DNA from: Pseudodesulfovibrio piezophilus C1TLV30
GTDB taxonomy: Bacteria > Desulfobacterota > Desulfovibrionia > Desulfovibrionales > Desulfovibrionaceae
Reading direction: 5' to 3'
Length of the DNA: 32,000 bases
Assembly (NCBI RefSeq): GCF_000341895.1
Contig: NC_020409.1
Span: forward strand, 2,610,001 to 2,642,000
Below are positions 16,850 to 26,187 of this stretch, one piece after another (the stretch's first letter is position 1; each line of letters opens with the position of its first letter). A program made the position numbers and the translations under genes. Below the pieces are notes generated by a model. It had not been told where the DNA came from and made no database searches. It saw nothing but the letters and a program-made list of their open reading frames with translations.

Positions 16850-17761
16850 ATGGCTGAGCAGCCATACTGTCCGGCTATGAGCACCAATACTATTTCCTTG
16901 TCACAGGAGACCGGCAAGCCGGTCACGGCTCCATCGGTTCAGGCCAGTAAGAACGGCGATAAAATTTGCTGTATGACCGCCTATGATTATTCATCCGGAT
17001 TGATAGCGGATGCTGCTGGCATGGACGTTGTGCTGGTCGGAGATTCCCTGGCCATGGTTGTGCTGGGTCATGAAGACACCCTGTCCGTGACAGTGGACGA
17101 AATGATACACCATGTCCGGGCAACGAGCAGGGGGGTCAAGCGCGCCTTGCTCGTGGCGGATATGCCTTTCATGTCCTTTTGCACGGTGGATAAAGCCTTG
17201 CATAACGGTGGTCGATTGATCAGCGAAGGCGGAGCCAGAGCTGTCAAGCTGGAGGGGGGAGTGGCTGTGGTGCCACAGATTGAGGCTCTGACTCAGGCCG
17301 GGATACCGGTCATGGCTCATGTGGGGTTAACTCCTCAGCATGTCGCACGATTTGGGGGATTCAAGGCCCAGGGGAAATCTGCCGAAGCCACCAAGGCCTT
17401 GCTTGAAGATGCTCAGGCGGTCGAAGAGGCTGGAGCTTTCTGTGTGGTGCTGGAGGCCATCCCTGTGGAAGCCGCCCAATTGATTACCGAAGCTATTGAT
17501 ATCCCGACCATAGGTATTGGGGCGGGAAATGTGACGGATGGACAGGTCCTTGTTTATCATGATGTCCTTGGATTGTTCGATCGATTTACCCCGAAATTTG
17601 TTCGCCAGTATGCATCCCAGGGTGAGGAAGGGATCAAGGCGCTCGAACAGTATTGCAAGGATGTGCGCTCGGGCTGGTTCCCCGCTGAGAAGAACACCAT
17701 CTATATGCCTGATGACCAGATGGAACAGGTCCGCAAGATTAAAGTGAAGAAGAAAAAATAG
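16850..17761 (+). CDS. panB: 3-methyl-2-oxobutanoate hydroxymethyltransferase
   Basis: KICCMTAYDY, VLVGDSLAMVVLGH, VKLEGG, GHVGLTPQ. An alternative in-frame start lies at 16877. Confidence 0.9.
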   Translation: MAEQPYCPAMSTNTISLSQETGKPVTAPSVQASKNGDKICCMTAYDYSSGLIADAAGMDVVLVGDSLAMVVLGHEDTLSVTVDEMIHHVRATSRGVKRALLVADMPFMSFCTVDKALHNGGRLISEGGARAVKLEGGVAVVPQIEALTQAGIPVMAHVGLTPQHVARFGGFKAQGKSAEATKALLEDAQAVEEAGAFCVVLEAIPVEAAQLITEAIDIPTIGIGAGNVTDGQVLVYHDVLGLFDRFTPKFVRQYASQGEEGIKALEQYCKDVRSGWFPAEKNTIYMPDDQMEQVRKIKVKKKK

Positions 17762-18733
17762 ATGGAACTCGATCTTTCGTGGCCCATGCTTTGGCATGGA
17801 CTCTTTTGGCCCCTGATCCGGCTGACGTTTTTTATCAGTGTCGGGTTGTTGGTGGGAAATCTCATTGAGGCTCTGCAATGGACTCGTTACGCTGCCAAGC
17901 TGGCTGATCCCCTGGCACGGAAAGCCCGGCTCAAGGATATTTCCGCTGCCAGTTTTACCATGGCGTTCTTCTCGGGTATTGCGGCGAATACAATGCTTGC
18001 CGAAGCGCATGAGAGGGGAGATATTTCAGACAGAGAGCTGATTCTTTCCAACCTGTTCAATTCGTTGCCAACCTATTTTCTGCATTTGCCTACCATTTTT
18101 TTTATTGCCGCACCCTTTGTTGGCTCCGTCGCCGGAATTTATGTGGGATTGACAGCCATTGCCGCTGTTCTGCGCACTGTCGTTATCACTTTGAGTGGAC
18201 GTTTTCTTCTGCCTCCTATCGAGGAAGGCTGCCTCCCGTGTCGGCTTGAGGAAATGAAAGGGAAAAGGGATACGACCTCAGCATTGAGGAAAACATGGAA
18301 ACGGTTTGTGAAGCGAATCCCCAAGGTTATTTATATTACCACTCCGATCTACACGCTGTTTTTCATAGGCAAACAGATGGGAGTTTTTCATTGGCTTCAG
18401 GGATTCATGCAGCTTAATGCCGGGGTCTTTACCTTCCTGCCACCTGAAGCGCTCGGGATTGTCGCATTTCATATGGCATCGGAATTTACAGCGGGATTGG
18501 CCGCAGCCAGTGCGCTTCTCTCAAATGGGCATATCACGCCGATGCAGATCGTTCTCGCTTTGTTGTTGGGGAATATCCTTTCTTCGCCCATGCGTGCCTT
18601 TCGACACCAATTCCCTTATTATGCAGGCATCTTCAAGCCCCGTATGGCGCTGAAGCTGATTGTGCATAACCAGCTTTTACGGGCCGTCAGCGTCATCTTT
18701 GTCGGGACAATTTACGCGTTTCTCGCATGGTAG
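17762..18733 (+). CDS. Polytopic inner-membrane protein (possibly nucleoside-recognition/Gate-domain family)
   Basis: 323 aa with multiple hydrophobic helices. The ATG immediately follows the panB stop. The family assignment is only an impression. Confidence 0.7.
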   Translation: MELDLSWPMLWHGLFWPLIRLTFFISVGLLVGNLIEALQWTRYAAKLADPLARKARLKDISAASFTMAFFSGIAANTMLAEAHERGDISDRELILSNLFNSLPTYFLHLPTIFFIAAPFVGSVAGIYVGLTAIAAVLRTVVITLSGRFLLPPIEEGCLPCRLEEMKGKRDTTSALRKTWKRFVKRIPKVIYITTPIYTLFFIGKQMGVFHWLQGFMQLNAGVFTFLPPEALGIVAFHMASEFTAGLAAASALLSNGHITPMQIVLALLLGNILSSPMRAFRHQFPYYAGIFKPRMALKLIVHNQLLRAVSVIFVGTIYAFLAW

Positions 18734-18794
18734 TCCTGTCTCCCCGTTTGTGAGTGGAATGAGGGGAATTTTTGCCGGTGCAAAAAGGGAAGGA

Positions 18795-20150
18795 TCATGT
18801 CTCTTCAAGTGAGGGGCTTGGTTGCTCTTCCTGCGGCAATCTCCAGATACTCCTGATAATAGTGCCACGGCCCGGAGTAGAGTCGATTTCCATGACTCCG
18901 CCGGACATCTCTGCTCGCTCGCGCATACTTGTCAGGCCAAGCCCCAATCGTTTGTCAGGATAGCGAATTGTTTTGTTTGGATCGAAGCCTATGCCATTAT
19001 CGATGATTTCCAGAAAAAGGTGAGACCCGAGATAGTCCAGGATGACGGTCACTTCATCCCCATGGCTATGCTTTGCCGCGTTGTAGAGTGCTTCCTGGGC
19101 GAGGCGAAAGACCGTGACCCTGAGTGGCTTGGGGATGCGTTCTTCAGTAACATGGATGCTTCGCTTGACGGTCATGTTAGTGTAAATATTTGTAAAATCC
19201 CCTAGAAAACCGTTGAGCGCGGTGATGGCTCCAAAGTCACGCAGGGTGGGGGGATAAAGGGATGTTTGCATCCGTCGCATTTTTTCAACCATGTTTTTCG
19301 CCAGGTTGGAGGAGCTTTGCAGGGAACGTCTCATTGATTCCGGGGCATCGTCATGCATCAGATAGAGCGCATTTTCCACTCCCATCTTGATGGCGAGGGC
19401 TGCCTGGCCTAATTCATCATGTATTTCTTCGGCCACACGTTTCCGTTCTTCTTCCTGTGCACGAAAAAGTTGTGTGGACAGATGTTTGAGGCGTTCCTGA
19501 TTGTGCTCAAGGTTTTGATAAAACAAGGTGGTTGAGAGTGCATCGGAAATACGGCTGGATATATCCTGGTACATCCGCTTGTCTTCTGGAGACCAACGTC
19601 GGGCGCGGGCGCATTGGTGCAATCCCATGAGCCAGGGCCGCCCGACTTTGGGGTGTAGGGCGATGAGCAGGGCGGATTTTGCTGCCGCTTCATCGTGGGC
19701 AGCAGCCGGGATATCTTTGACATGATTTTCTTCTCCTAGAGGCAAAGGGTCGCTTGAATTCAATGCAAGCAGACAATTTTCCCTGAGATCTTCGGTGGCA
19801 GGCAGGTTGTCCTCTGGGCCGAAGTAGATAGGATATCGGGCATCCACCGAGCGAAAAGGCACACGCCATGATTGGGCATTGGGGTCACAGGGATGGAGCA
19901 GCCACGCCTGATCACACTGAAAGATGGTTCGCAGCACTTCCATGAGGCTGTTCATCATTTCGTCAAGGTTGGTGGTCTGCCGGATGGCCTGATCAATCAG
20001 TGAAATGTTTTCCAGATAGCTCAGTTGTCGCTTGTCAGAGAAGACACTCTGGTCGCAACTCAGTTTTTCTTTGAGATGAAGACTTTCAAGACGCTGTAAC
20101 CGGAGTTCATAAAGCAGTTCACTTTTTGTTTTTCGTTCGTCCTGTTTCAT
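18795..20150 (-). CDS. Cytoplasmic sensor histidine kinase (GAF-like sensor, HisKA_3, HATPase_c)
   Basis: H-box EERKRVAEEIHDELGQ. ATPase motifs EIIDNGIGF and GLGLTSMRERAEMSGG...TPGRGT. No TM helices. Confidence 0.85.
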   Translation of the reverse strand: MKQDERKTKSELLYELRLQRLESLHLKEKLSCDQSVFSDKRQLSYLENISLIDQAIRQTTNLDEMMNSLMEVLRTIFQCDQAWLLHPCDPNAQSWRVPFRSVDARYPIYFGPEDNLPATEDLRENCLLALNSSDPLPLGEENHVKDIPAAAHDEAAAKSALLIALHPKVGRPWLMGLHQCARARRWSPEDKRMYQDISSRISDALSTTLFYQNLEHNQERLKHLSTQLFRAQEEERKRVAEEIHDELGQAALAIKMGVENALYLMHDDAPESMRRSLQSSSNLAKNMVEKMRRMQTSLYPPTLRDFGAITALNGFLGDFTNIYTNMTVKRSIHVTEERIPKPLRVTVFRLAQEALYNAAKHSHGDEVTVILDYLGSHLFLEIIDNGIGFDPNKTIRYPDKRLGLGLTSMRERAEMSGGVMEIDSTPGRGTIIRSIWRLPQEEQPSPSLEET

Positions 20151-20251
20151 GAAGCCCGCCTGGTTTGCTCGCTATCAGAAGTTCAGAGATGTTTAATAAT
20201 CCAAAAAAAATCAGGGCAATATATGCCAGTTCTTTACGAGGTGCAAGGGGG

Positions 20252-21493
20252 TTAGTCTGAATCGAATGCCAGCCTGCGGATAATGATATTGGAAACAAGC
20301 ATGCCATTTTTGGTGAGCCGAAGAAACCCATGGCTGAGGCGAATCAGGTTCTCCCGGTGCAGGGCCGTGATCAGTGACTCATGCCGCTTGATGAGATCAT
20401 ATCCGGCCTGCTTTCTGAAGTCCGCGAGATTCAGCCCCTTGGTTGTCCTGAGGGACAGCATGACGGTTTCCTTGAGGACGTCTTCGTCCGAAAGCGTTTC
20501 ATGATCGTTGCCTACCAATCCGCCACGAACATAGGCGTCGTATTCATCCATGTATTTGGGATTACTGAATCGTCTCCGCCCTATGGTGGAAACAGCCGAC
20601 GGTCCCAATCCCAGATAATCGGTGGCTGTCCAGTAGCCGGAATTGTGTGCCGACATGAATCCCATGCGGGCAAAGTTTGAAACTTCGTAGTGCATGTAGC
20701 CCACGGATTCGAGAAATTCGGCACCGTAAATGAACATGCGGCCCTGCTCCTGTTCAGATGGCATGGCCAGTTCACCGCCTTCGCCACACAGCTTGTGCAT
20801 GACTGTTCCTTCTTCCAGAGTCAGATTGTAGGCAGAAATGTGCTCCGGTCGCATGTCACTGATGGTTGTCAACTGTTCGATCCACCCTTTGAGTCGCTGT
20901 CCTGGTAGGCCCCATATGAGATCAACTCCAATGTTACCGAAGCCGGCATGCCGGGCTGCATCATATGAAGCGTATGCCATATTCACGGAATGCGGCCTGC
21001 CCATGAGATGCAGGTCTTCATCACGCAGGCTCTGCATTCCAAGGGAAAGCCTGTTAAACCCCATGGAAAGCAGAGCACGAAAATAACTGACGTCATGGGC
21101 AGAATCGGGATTTGCCTCCAGGCTGATTTCCATGCCGGGAGTAAAGGAAAAAGCAGTCTCCATGGCCTTCATGATTGTGTGCATCTGTTGCAGCGGAATC
21201 AGGCTGGGCGTTCCTCCTCCGAAATAGATTGTGGCAAGCTGCGGCTTCTTGAGCCGTTTGCCCCAGAGTTTTATTTCGTCTAGCAACAGTTTGTGATACC
21301 AGGCGAATGTGACTTGGTTGAAGGCTTGCGAGTGGAAGGTGCAGTAGTGACATCTCGATTGACAAAACGGGACGTGAATATAGAGTAAAAGTCCCTTTCC
21401 TGTCCTTTTGCCAACGGAAACAGTCTCTCCACCAGTGGTGGGAAAGGCGGGTTTGACCGGAACACCCTCGCCGTAAATCGTGCCCATGCTCAA
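20252..21493 (-). CDS. hemW: Radical SAM heme chaperone HemW / HemN-like protein
   Basis: LYIHVPFCQSRCHYCTF (CxxxCxxC), GGGTPS, HemN-like C-terminal domain. Confidence 0.85.
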   Translation of the reverse strand: MSMGTIYGEGVPVKPAFPTTGGETVSVGKRTGKGLLLYIHVPFCQSRCHYCTFHSQAFNQVTFAWYHKLLLDEIKLWGKRLKKPQLATIYFGGGTPSLIPLQQMHTIMKAMETAFSFTPGMEISLEANPDSAHDVSYFRALLSMGFNRLSLGMQSLRDEDLHLMGRPHSVNMAYASYDAARHAGFGNIGVDLIWGLPGQRLKGWIEQLTTISDMRPEHISAYNLTLEEGTVMHKLCGEGGELAMPSEQEQGRMFIYGAEFLESVGYMHYEVSNFARMGFMSAHNSGYWTATDYLGLGPSAVSTIGRRRFSNPKYMDEYDAYVRGGLVGNDHETLSDEDVLKETVMLSLRTTKGLNLADFRKQAGYDLIKRHESLITALHRENLIRLSHGFLRLTKNGMLVSNIIIRRLAFDSD

Positions 21494-21867
21494 TCCTGAA
21501 TATGCCGTTGTCGGTGAATGACCAAGGCTCCCCAGGTCAGGTAAATCCCTGCCAGCCCCTTGATACCTATCATCAGGAAGGAGATGTCCATGCGACCGGT
21601 AACGCCAAGGATGCTGTCATAGAGCAAGCCGGAGCCGTTGATGAGGAGCAGGACCACGGTGCACCATGTCGCCAGCAATTGCCGTTTGTAAGTGAACCAG
21701 GCCAAAAGAGGGAGCACAATACAAGCGAGAATGCCGTAAAGAGCTCCATGTGCTTCCTGACCTGCGGGGGCACTCAATGCACCAAGGAGAGCAGTGATGA
21801 CGAAAAGAGCCAGGATTGTCGTGCGGCGCAGGAAAAATTCCATGAGCATAGTGTGTTTGAAATTCAT
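21490..21867 (-). CDS. Small integral membrane protein (about 4 TM helices), unknown function
   Basis: 125 aa, hydrophobic throughout. Its stop overlaps the hemW start (ATGA), and its start lies 2 nt after the queH stop. Confidence 0.7.
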   Translation of the reverse strand: MNFKHTMLMEFFLRRTTILALFVITALLGALSAPAGQEAHGALYGILACIVLPLLAWFTYKRQLLATWCTVVLLLINGSGLLYDSILGVTGRMDISFLMIGIKGLAGIYLTWGALVIHRQRHIQD

Positions 21868-21869
21868 GG

Positions 21870-22415
21870 TTATTTCCTCAGTTCCTTCTTGTAGCGTTCA
21901 TTTTCGCTATAGAGGCATCCACAGTATTGTTGCCTGTAAATACCCCATTCCTTGGACGTCTCAATGCCTTCCTGCCACCCTTCGCGAAAATCATGATAGA
22001 GAAAGCGTGTCGTCGGGGTTTCCAAATCTTTGCCCAAGTCGGCAATCTCCTGATGTTTCTGGTATTTTGAATAGAGCAGAGTCGTGGAGAACAGATCGAA
22101 ATTCCCTTTTCGAGCTATCTGCACAGTGCGCTCCAGCCTGTCTGAATAACAATAAAAACATCGGTTGCCCTCTCGGTGGGCGACAGTGCGAAACCATTTT
22201 TGCGGGGCATATTCTCCATCCTTGAGAATAACCCTGACCCCCAGTTTTTCGGCGACTTCCAGGCAGCCGTCCCGTCGCTTTACATATTCTGTCAGCGGAT
22301 GGATATTCGGATTGTAAAATAATCCTGTGATCTCATGACCGAGGTCAAGCAGGGTTTTCAGCGTCGTGATGGAACACGGTCCGCAACATATATGCAAAAG
22401 GAGTCGTTTGTTCAT
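21870..22415 (-). CDS. queH: Epoxyqueuosine reductase QueH (DUF208)
   Basis: LLLHICCGPCS, NPNIHP, CFYCY, YCGCLYSE Cys motifs. Start set at MNKRLLL (22415) rather than 22562. Confidence 0.85.
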   Translation of the reverse strand: MNKRLLLHICCGPCSITTLKTLLDLGHEITGLFYNPNIHPLTEYVKRRDGCLEVAEKLGVRVILKDGEYAPQKWFRTVAHREGNRCFYCYSDRLERTVQIARKGNFDLFSTTLLYSKYQKHQEIADLGKDLETPTTRFLYHDFREGWQEGIETSKEWGIYRQQYCGCLYSENERYKKELRK

Positions 22416-22766
22416 GAAGCGCTCTTTTTCTCTGGATTGGGATAAAACAGTGTGATCGTATTGGCCCTCTTTGTAAAGTGGAAGCCGATGGCGTGCAAAG
22501 CATGTTTTGCGGTCTTGAGACTGGAAAAAGGAAATTTCTTCATAAATATCCAACTTTTTCAATCATTATGTAACCCCCTTAATTGTCGACCGAATTGATC
22601 CGGATTATGTCTTTTTTGACATAATATGCTGCAAAATTCTTGTTTTAATTTCAAAGAGTTGTATGTTTGGTGTGTCAAACCGTGAGCAGGTTCCAAACCA
22701 TTGGCATGATAGTATGACCCCCATAGTGTTTTTGTGGAGTGAATACTATTAAAGGGGAAGTGGACG

Positions 22767-23654
22767 ATGCAATTTGATATGGACAAAGCCCAGCGTAGGC
22801 TCGACAGGAAAATAGCCCAGCTTCGGACAAAATCATATATTTCAGAAGATGTTATCAGCTTATTGGATGAGGTTGCCCACAGACAATTGCTTGCCAGGGG
22901 AGAGGCGAATGTGACTGTGCCCGTGGACCTTGAAATGGCTCCGGTGGAAGCTGTTCTTCAAGGTATGTCCCTAGTGGCCCGTGAAGAATTCCCTTTTGAC
23001 ATTGACCAGGCAACAGCACTGCTCGAAGCCTTCATAGGTATTCTTGTCGCCAAGGGAGGGCCGCTTGGAGATGCTGCCGCAGGGGTCCGGGCCGTTCTCG
23101 ACTCCGGGGAGCTGACAGCCGAGACACTGTTTCGACATTTTCTTGATGATGATACCCGGTTTTTCGGCATATGGGCAGAGCGCTATCCTGAAGCGCCTAG
23201 AACATTGGCGTTTCTTGCCTTTTCTGCCATGATCCCTTCGCTCGAAGCCACCGCGGACGTTTTGGCAGCCCAATTACCGGACATGAAGGTTCCTGTGTCT
23301 GGTTCATGTCCGATTTGCGGGAGCCTGCCCTTGATTTCGTCACTGAAGAAAAAGGAAGGGTTGCGCCACGCTACCTGTTCATTCTGTCGTCATGAGTACA
23401 GGATCAAGCGCATTGCCTGTCCTGTCTGTGGCGAAGAGGATCAGAAAAAATTGACATTCTTTACCGTTGAAGAAGAACCTGGCTTTCGTGTTGATGTGTG
23501 TGAATCCTGTAAAACATACATTAAAACCATCGACTTCCGAGAGCTTGATCGAGTCGCTGTTCCTGTGCTGGATGACCTTGACTCACTCGCGCTCGATTAT
23601 GTGGCCGCTGGACAGGGCTATCGACGAGCCACTCTTTCCGCCTGGGGATTTTAA
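22767..23654 (+). CDS. fdhE: Formate dehydrogenase accessory protein FdhE
   Basis: Four CxxC pairs in the C-terminal half (CPICGS, CSFCRH, CPVCGE, CESCKTYIK) in the FdhE arrangement. Confidence 0.85.
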   Translation: MQFDMDKAQRRLDRKIAQLRTKSYISEDVISLLDEVAHRQLLARGEANVTVPVDLEMAPVEAVLQGMSLVAREEFPFDIDQATALLEAFIGILVAKGGPLGDAAAGVRAVLDSGELTAETLFRHFLDDDTRFFGIWAERYPEAPRTLAFLAFSAMIPSLEATADVLAAQLPDMKVPVSGSCPICGSLPLISSLKKKEGLRHATCSFCRHEYRIKRIACPVCGEEDQKKLTFFTVEEEPGFRVDVCESCKTYIKTIDFRELDRVAVPVLDDLDSLALDYVAAGQGYRRATLSAWGF

Positions 23655-23665
23655 CGGGAGGGCCT

Positions 23666-24589
23666 ATGTCCACCACAACGCGAGTAGTCACGAACATGCC
23701 AGTCATACCACCCAGCTACATACCAGAAACACCGGATGGATTTGATTCGCTGTTGCATGATGATGTCAAGGCGAGAGAATACCTGTTGTCGCTTTCCTGG
23801 CCCACGGGGGACGCTTTTTGTCCCCGTTGTGGGCACCGGAAGGTCTATACCCTGTCCGGGGACAGGCTGCGCTGTGCCAGTTGCAAGTATACCTTTCAGC
23901 CGTTTTCAGGCCGCTGGATAAATAATGGGGCACTCTCTCCCAGCGAATGGCTCCATCTTGTCTCGCTTTTTGTACAGGAGCAATCCGTTCATCAAATGAA
24001 AAAGCAGCTCAAGCTGTCGTATAATACGGTTTATAAAGCGCTGACCGCCATTCGTTTTGCCATTCTTGCCCATGCTATCGATGCCAGACAACTCATCAGT
24101 TCGGCAACAGGTCTGAATTCCTATCTCAAGGGAAACCGCCTCACTGGGGGGCCGCGTGAAATGCGTATGGATACCATCCCAGTCTACGGTATTCTGCGTC
24201 GTGACGGATTGGTTTTTATTGACTTGGTACCGGGGTTTCAGGCCGAGACGCTTTTTCATTTTCATATGAACTTTCACCTCAAGCTCATCAGGACCGGAAA
24301 TCTCGTCTACACTGATCGTTACAAAGAGTATGACGCACTTATGTTTTGCGGGAATGAGTCCCTGCCGTATGAGGTTATTCGGCGATATGACGAGCCGCCT
24401 CACATCGATGCCGTGGAAGACGAATTCTGGAACTTTGCGCAATCGCGTATCAAACGTTTTCGCGGTATTTCCTGCCAACGATTTCCCCTCTACCTCAAGG
24501 AGTTGGAGTTCCGATTCAATAATCGAAGCAAATCCATCACTGAAGTCCTTGCGGCGTATCTTTGTGCCCTGGTGCCGAGTCCTCTGTAA
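23666..24589 (+). CDS. IS1595/ISXO2-like transposase homologue (no element boundaries found; possibly domesticated)
   Basis: Zn-ribbon CPRCGH...CASCKY, then an ISXO2-like core IPVYGIL..., VYTDRYKEYD, HIDAVEDEFW, YLKELEFRFNNR. GGGAGGG SD; the ATG lies 11 nt after the fdhE stop. Confidence 0.8.
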   Translation: MSTTTRVVTNMPVIPPSYIPETPDGFDSLLHDDVKAREYLLSLSWPTGDAFCPRCGHRKVYTLSGDRLRCASCKYTFQPFSGRWINNGALSPSEWLHLVSLFVQEQSVHQMKKQLKLSYNTVYKALTAIRFAILAHAIDARQLISSATGLNSYLKGNRLTGGPREMRMDTIPVYGILRRDGLVFIDLVPGFQAETLFHFHMNFHLKLIRTGNLVYTDRYKEYDALMFCGNESLPYEVIRRYDEPPHIDAVEDEFWNFAQSRIKRFRGISCQRFPLYLKELEFRFNNRSKSITEVLAAYLCALVPSPL

Positions 24590-24842
24590 GTCGTTTCAGA
24601 TATTGATCTCTGCTGAAAGTTCGTCCTCATCTTGGATGAATTGGGTTTTTACATGAAGATTTCTTCGAATATCATAGTCCCTTTGTCAAAGGCACTTCGG
24701 ACTTTCTCGATTTTTGTCCTCCAAGCCGCCTGGCGATGGGGCCTTGCTTTGTGACTTCCTGAAAATTTTTCTTTTTCTCTCAGCAAAGAGTCTCGATGCG
24801 TCCTCGGCAGAAAGGGGATGCAAGGGGCTTCCCCTCCCCCCC

Positions 24843-24863
24843 AAAAAAAAGGTGAAATCACCT
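24843..24863 (-). terminator. Possible intrinsic terminator of moeA
   Basis: The minus strand reads aggtg-attt-cacct followed by T8. The stem is only 5 bp, so this is weak. Confidence 0.4.
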
Positions 24864-24933
24864 ATGTCCCATGTCGTTGCAGGCGGTTTCAATTGCGTCT
24901 TTTCACCGTGAGAGCTGGCGTTGAGTGGACCTT

Positions 24934-26187
24934 TTATTTGAAGAGCGTAGTGATCACTTCGACTTCTCCGCCAGGGAGAATCCCTTGCCCCCCATCGAGA
25001 ATGGCAACCCCGTGGGCATGGGCGACCGCGAGCATGGGCGGGGTGGCTTTGCTGTTGAGGGGCATTGCCATTAATTCGGTCCCATCTCGTTCCAGAGAGC
25101 AGAGCGCGATCCATTGTTGGGGACCGGGGCGAACGGATAATCCTTCCTTGATGCGCGCTGTGATTGGTTGCAAATCGGGCAGGCCGCGCAGACGGTGCAG
25201 AATGGGAAGAATGAGAGCGTGAAAACAGGCAAAGACAGCGGCGGGTGGTCCGGGAAGGCCGAAGAGCAGGGTCTGGCCACGAGATGCCGCGAACATGTTA
25301 CGCCCCGGGCGGATATCAACACGTTCGAAGATGGTGGAAAATCCGGCATCCTGTGCGCTGGAGCGGGCGAAGTCCCGTTCACTTCTGCCTGTACCGCCTG
25401 TGGTGATGATCAGATTCGGAAGAGACTTTGAAGAGAGGACAGTTGCCAATTCTCCTTCAATGTCGGGAAGCACGCCGGTTTCAGTGATCCGTGCTCCGCC
25501 GTATTCCAGCAATCCTTTTGTCAGGACGAGGTTGTCTGCCGGGAAGCGGGCGGTTTCACAGTGTCGGTCGGCGTGTGTCGGGTCGGAGAGTTCACTTCCA
25601 AGAGCGATGATGCGCGCGGTGGGAACGGGGCGGACGTGGATCGAATTGACACGGGTTCGGATCATGACAGCCGCTGCCTGGGGAGTGATACTATTCCCCG
25701 AACGCGTAATGATGTCTTCGCGTGCTATTTCCGCTCCGGCGGCTCGGATATACCAGCCGGGGCGGGTTGGTGTCTGAACAAGAATTGTTTTTGAACCGTC
25801 TTGCTGGTCGGCAGGAAGTTCTGTGACATCCTCTTCAGCCAGAACGACATCGGCTCCCGGCGGCACCAGACCTCCTGTGAGAACTCGTGCTGCGGTCCCG
25901 GATTTCACTGGTTCGGGATGGGTGGATTCGGCGCGTACGGTTTGAGTGACAGTCAGCCGGACAGGCTCCATGGTCGTGGCATTTTCAATGTCTGCTGTCC
26001 TCATTGCGTAGCCGTCCCGGACAGAGCTGGGGTGTTCGGGAACGTCGCAATGGGCAAGGATATTGTGGGAAGCAGTCATTCCCACGGACTGGTGAGGCTC
26101 GACAGGGACGGCTTCCAGCGGCCGGGCAAAGGTCAGAAGACGTCGAAGTGCTCGGCTGAGGGAAACAGTGCTGTCAGGCATGGTCAA
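24934..26187 (-). CDS. moeA: Molybdopterin molybdenumtransferase MoeA
   Basis: N-terminus VRDGYAM, MoCF-biosynthesis domain IITTGGTGRSERDF, C-terminal beta-barrel domain. The start overlaps the fdhD stop (ATGA). Confidence 0.9.
   Translation of the reverse strand: MTMPDSTVSLSRALRRLLTFARPLEAVPVEPHQSVGMTASHNILAHCDVPEHPSSVRDGYAMRTADIENATTMEPVRLTVTQTVRAESTHPEPVKSGTAARVLTGGLVPPGADVVLAEEDVTELPADQQDGSKTILVQTPTRPGWYIRAAGAEIAREDIITRSGNSITPQAAAVMIRTRVNSIHVRPVPTARIIALGSELSDPTHADRHCETARFPADNLVLTKGLLEYGGARITETGVLPDIEGELATVLSSKSLPNLIITTGGTGRSERDFARSSAQDAGFSTIFERVDIRPGRNMFAASRGQTLLFGLPGPPAAVFACFHALILPILHRLRGLPDLQPITARIKEGLSVRPGPQQWIALCSLERDGTELMAMPLNSKATPPMLAVAHAHGVAILDGGQGILPGGEVEVITTLFK

Noticed and set aside
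17327-18010. 227-aa minus ORF
   Set aside because: It is antisense across the junction between panB and the membrane-protein gene. Both sense genes are well supported.
20203-20227. Possible hemW terminator (ggca/tgcc stem plus T8 on the minus strand)
   Set aside because: The stem is only 4 bp, which is too weak to report as a feature.
20222-20236. Minus-strand TGGCATATATTGCC upstream of the histidine kinase gene, sigma-54-like
   Set aside because: The GG-to-GC spacing is 8 nt, which is incompatible with -24/-12 geometry.
23600-24660. Terminal inverted repeats or target duplication for the IS1595-like gene
   Set aside because: I looked on both flanks and found none by eye, so I do not call a mobile element. 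A computational IR search would be needed to be sure.
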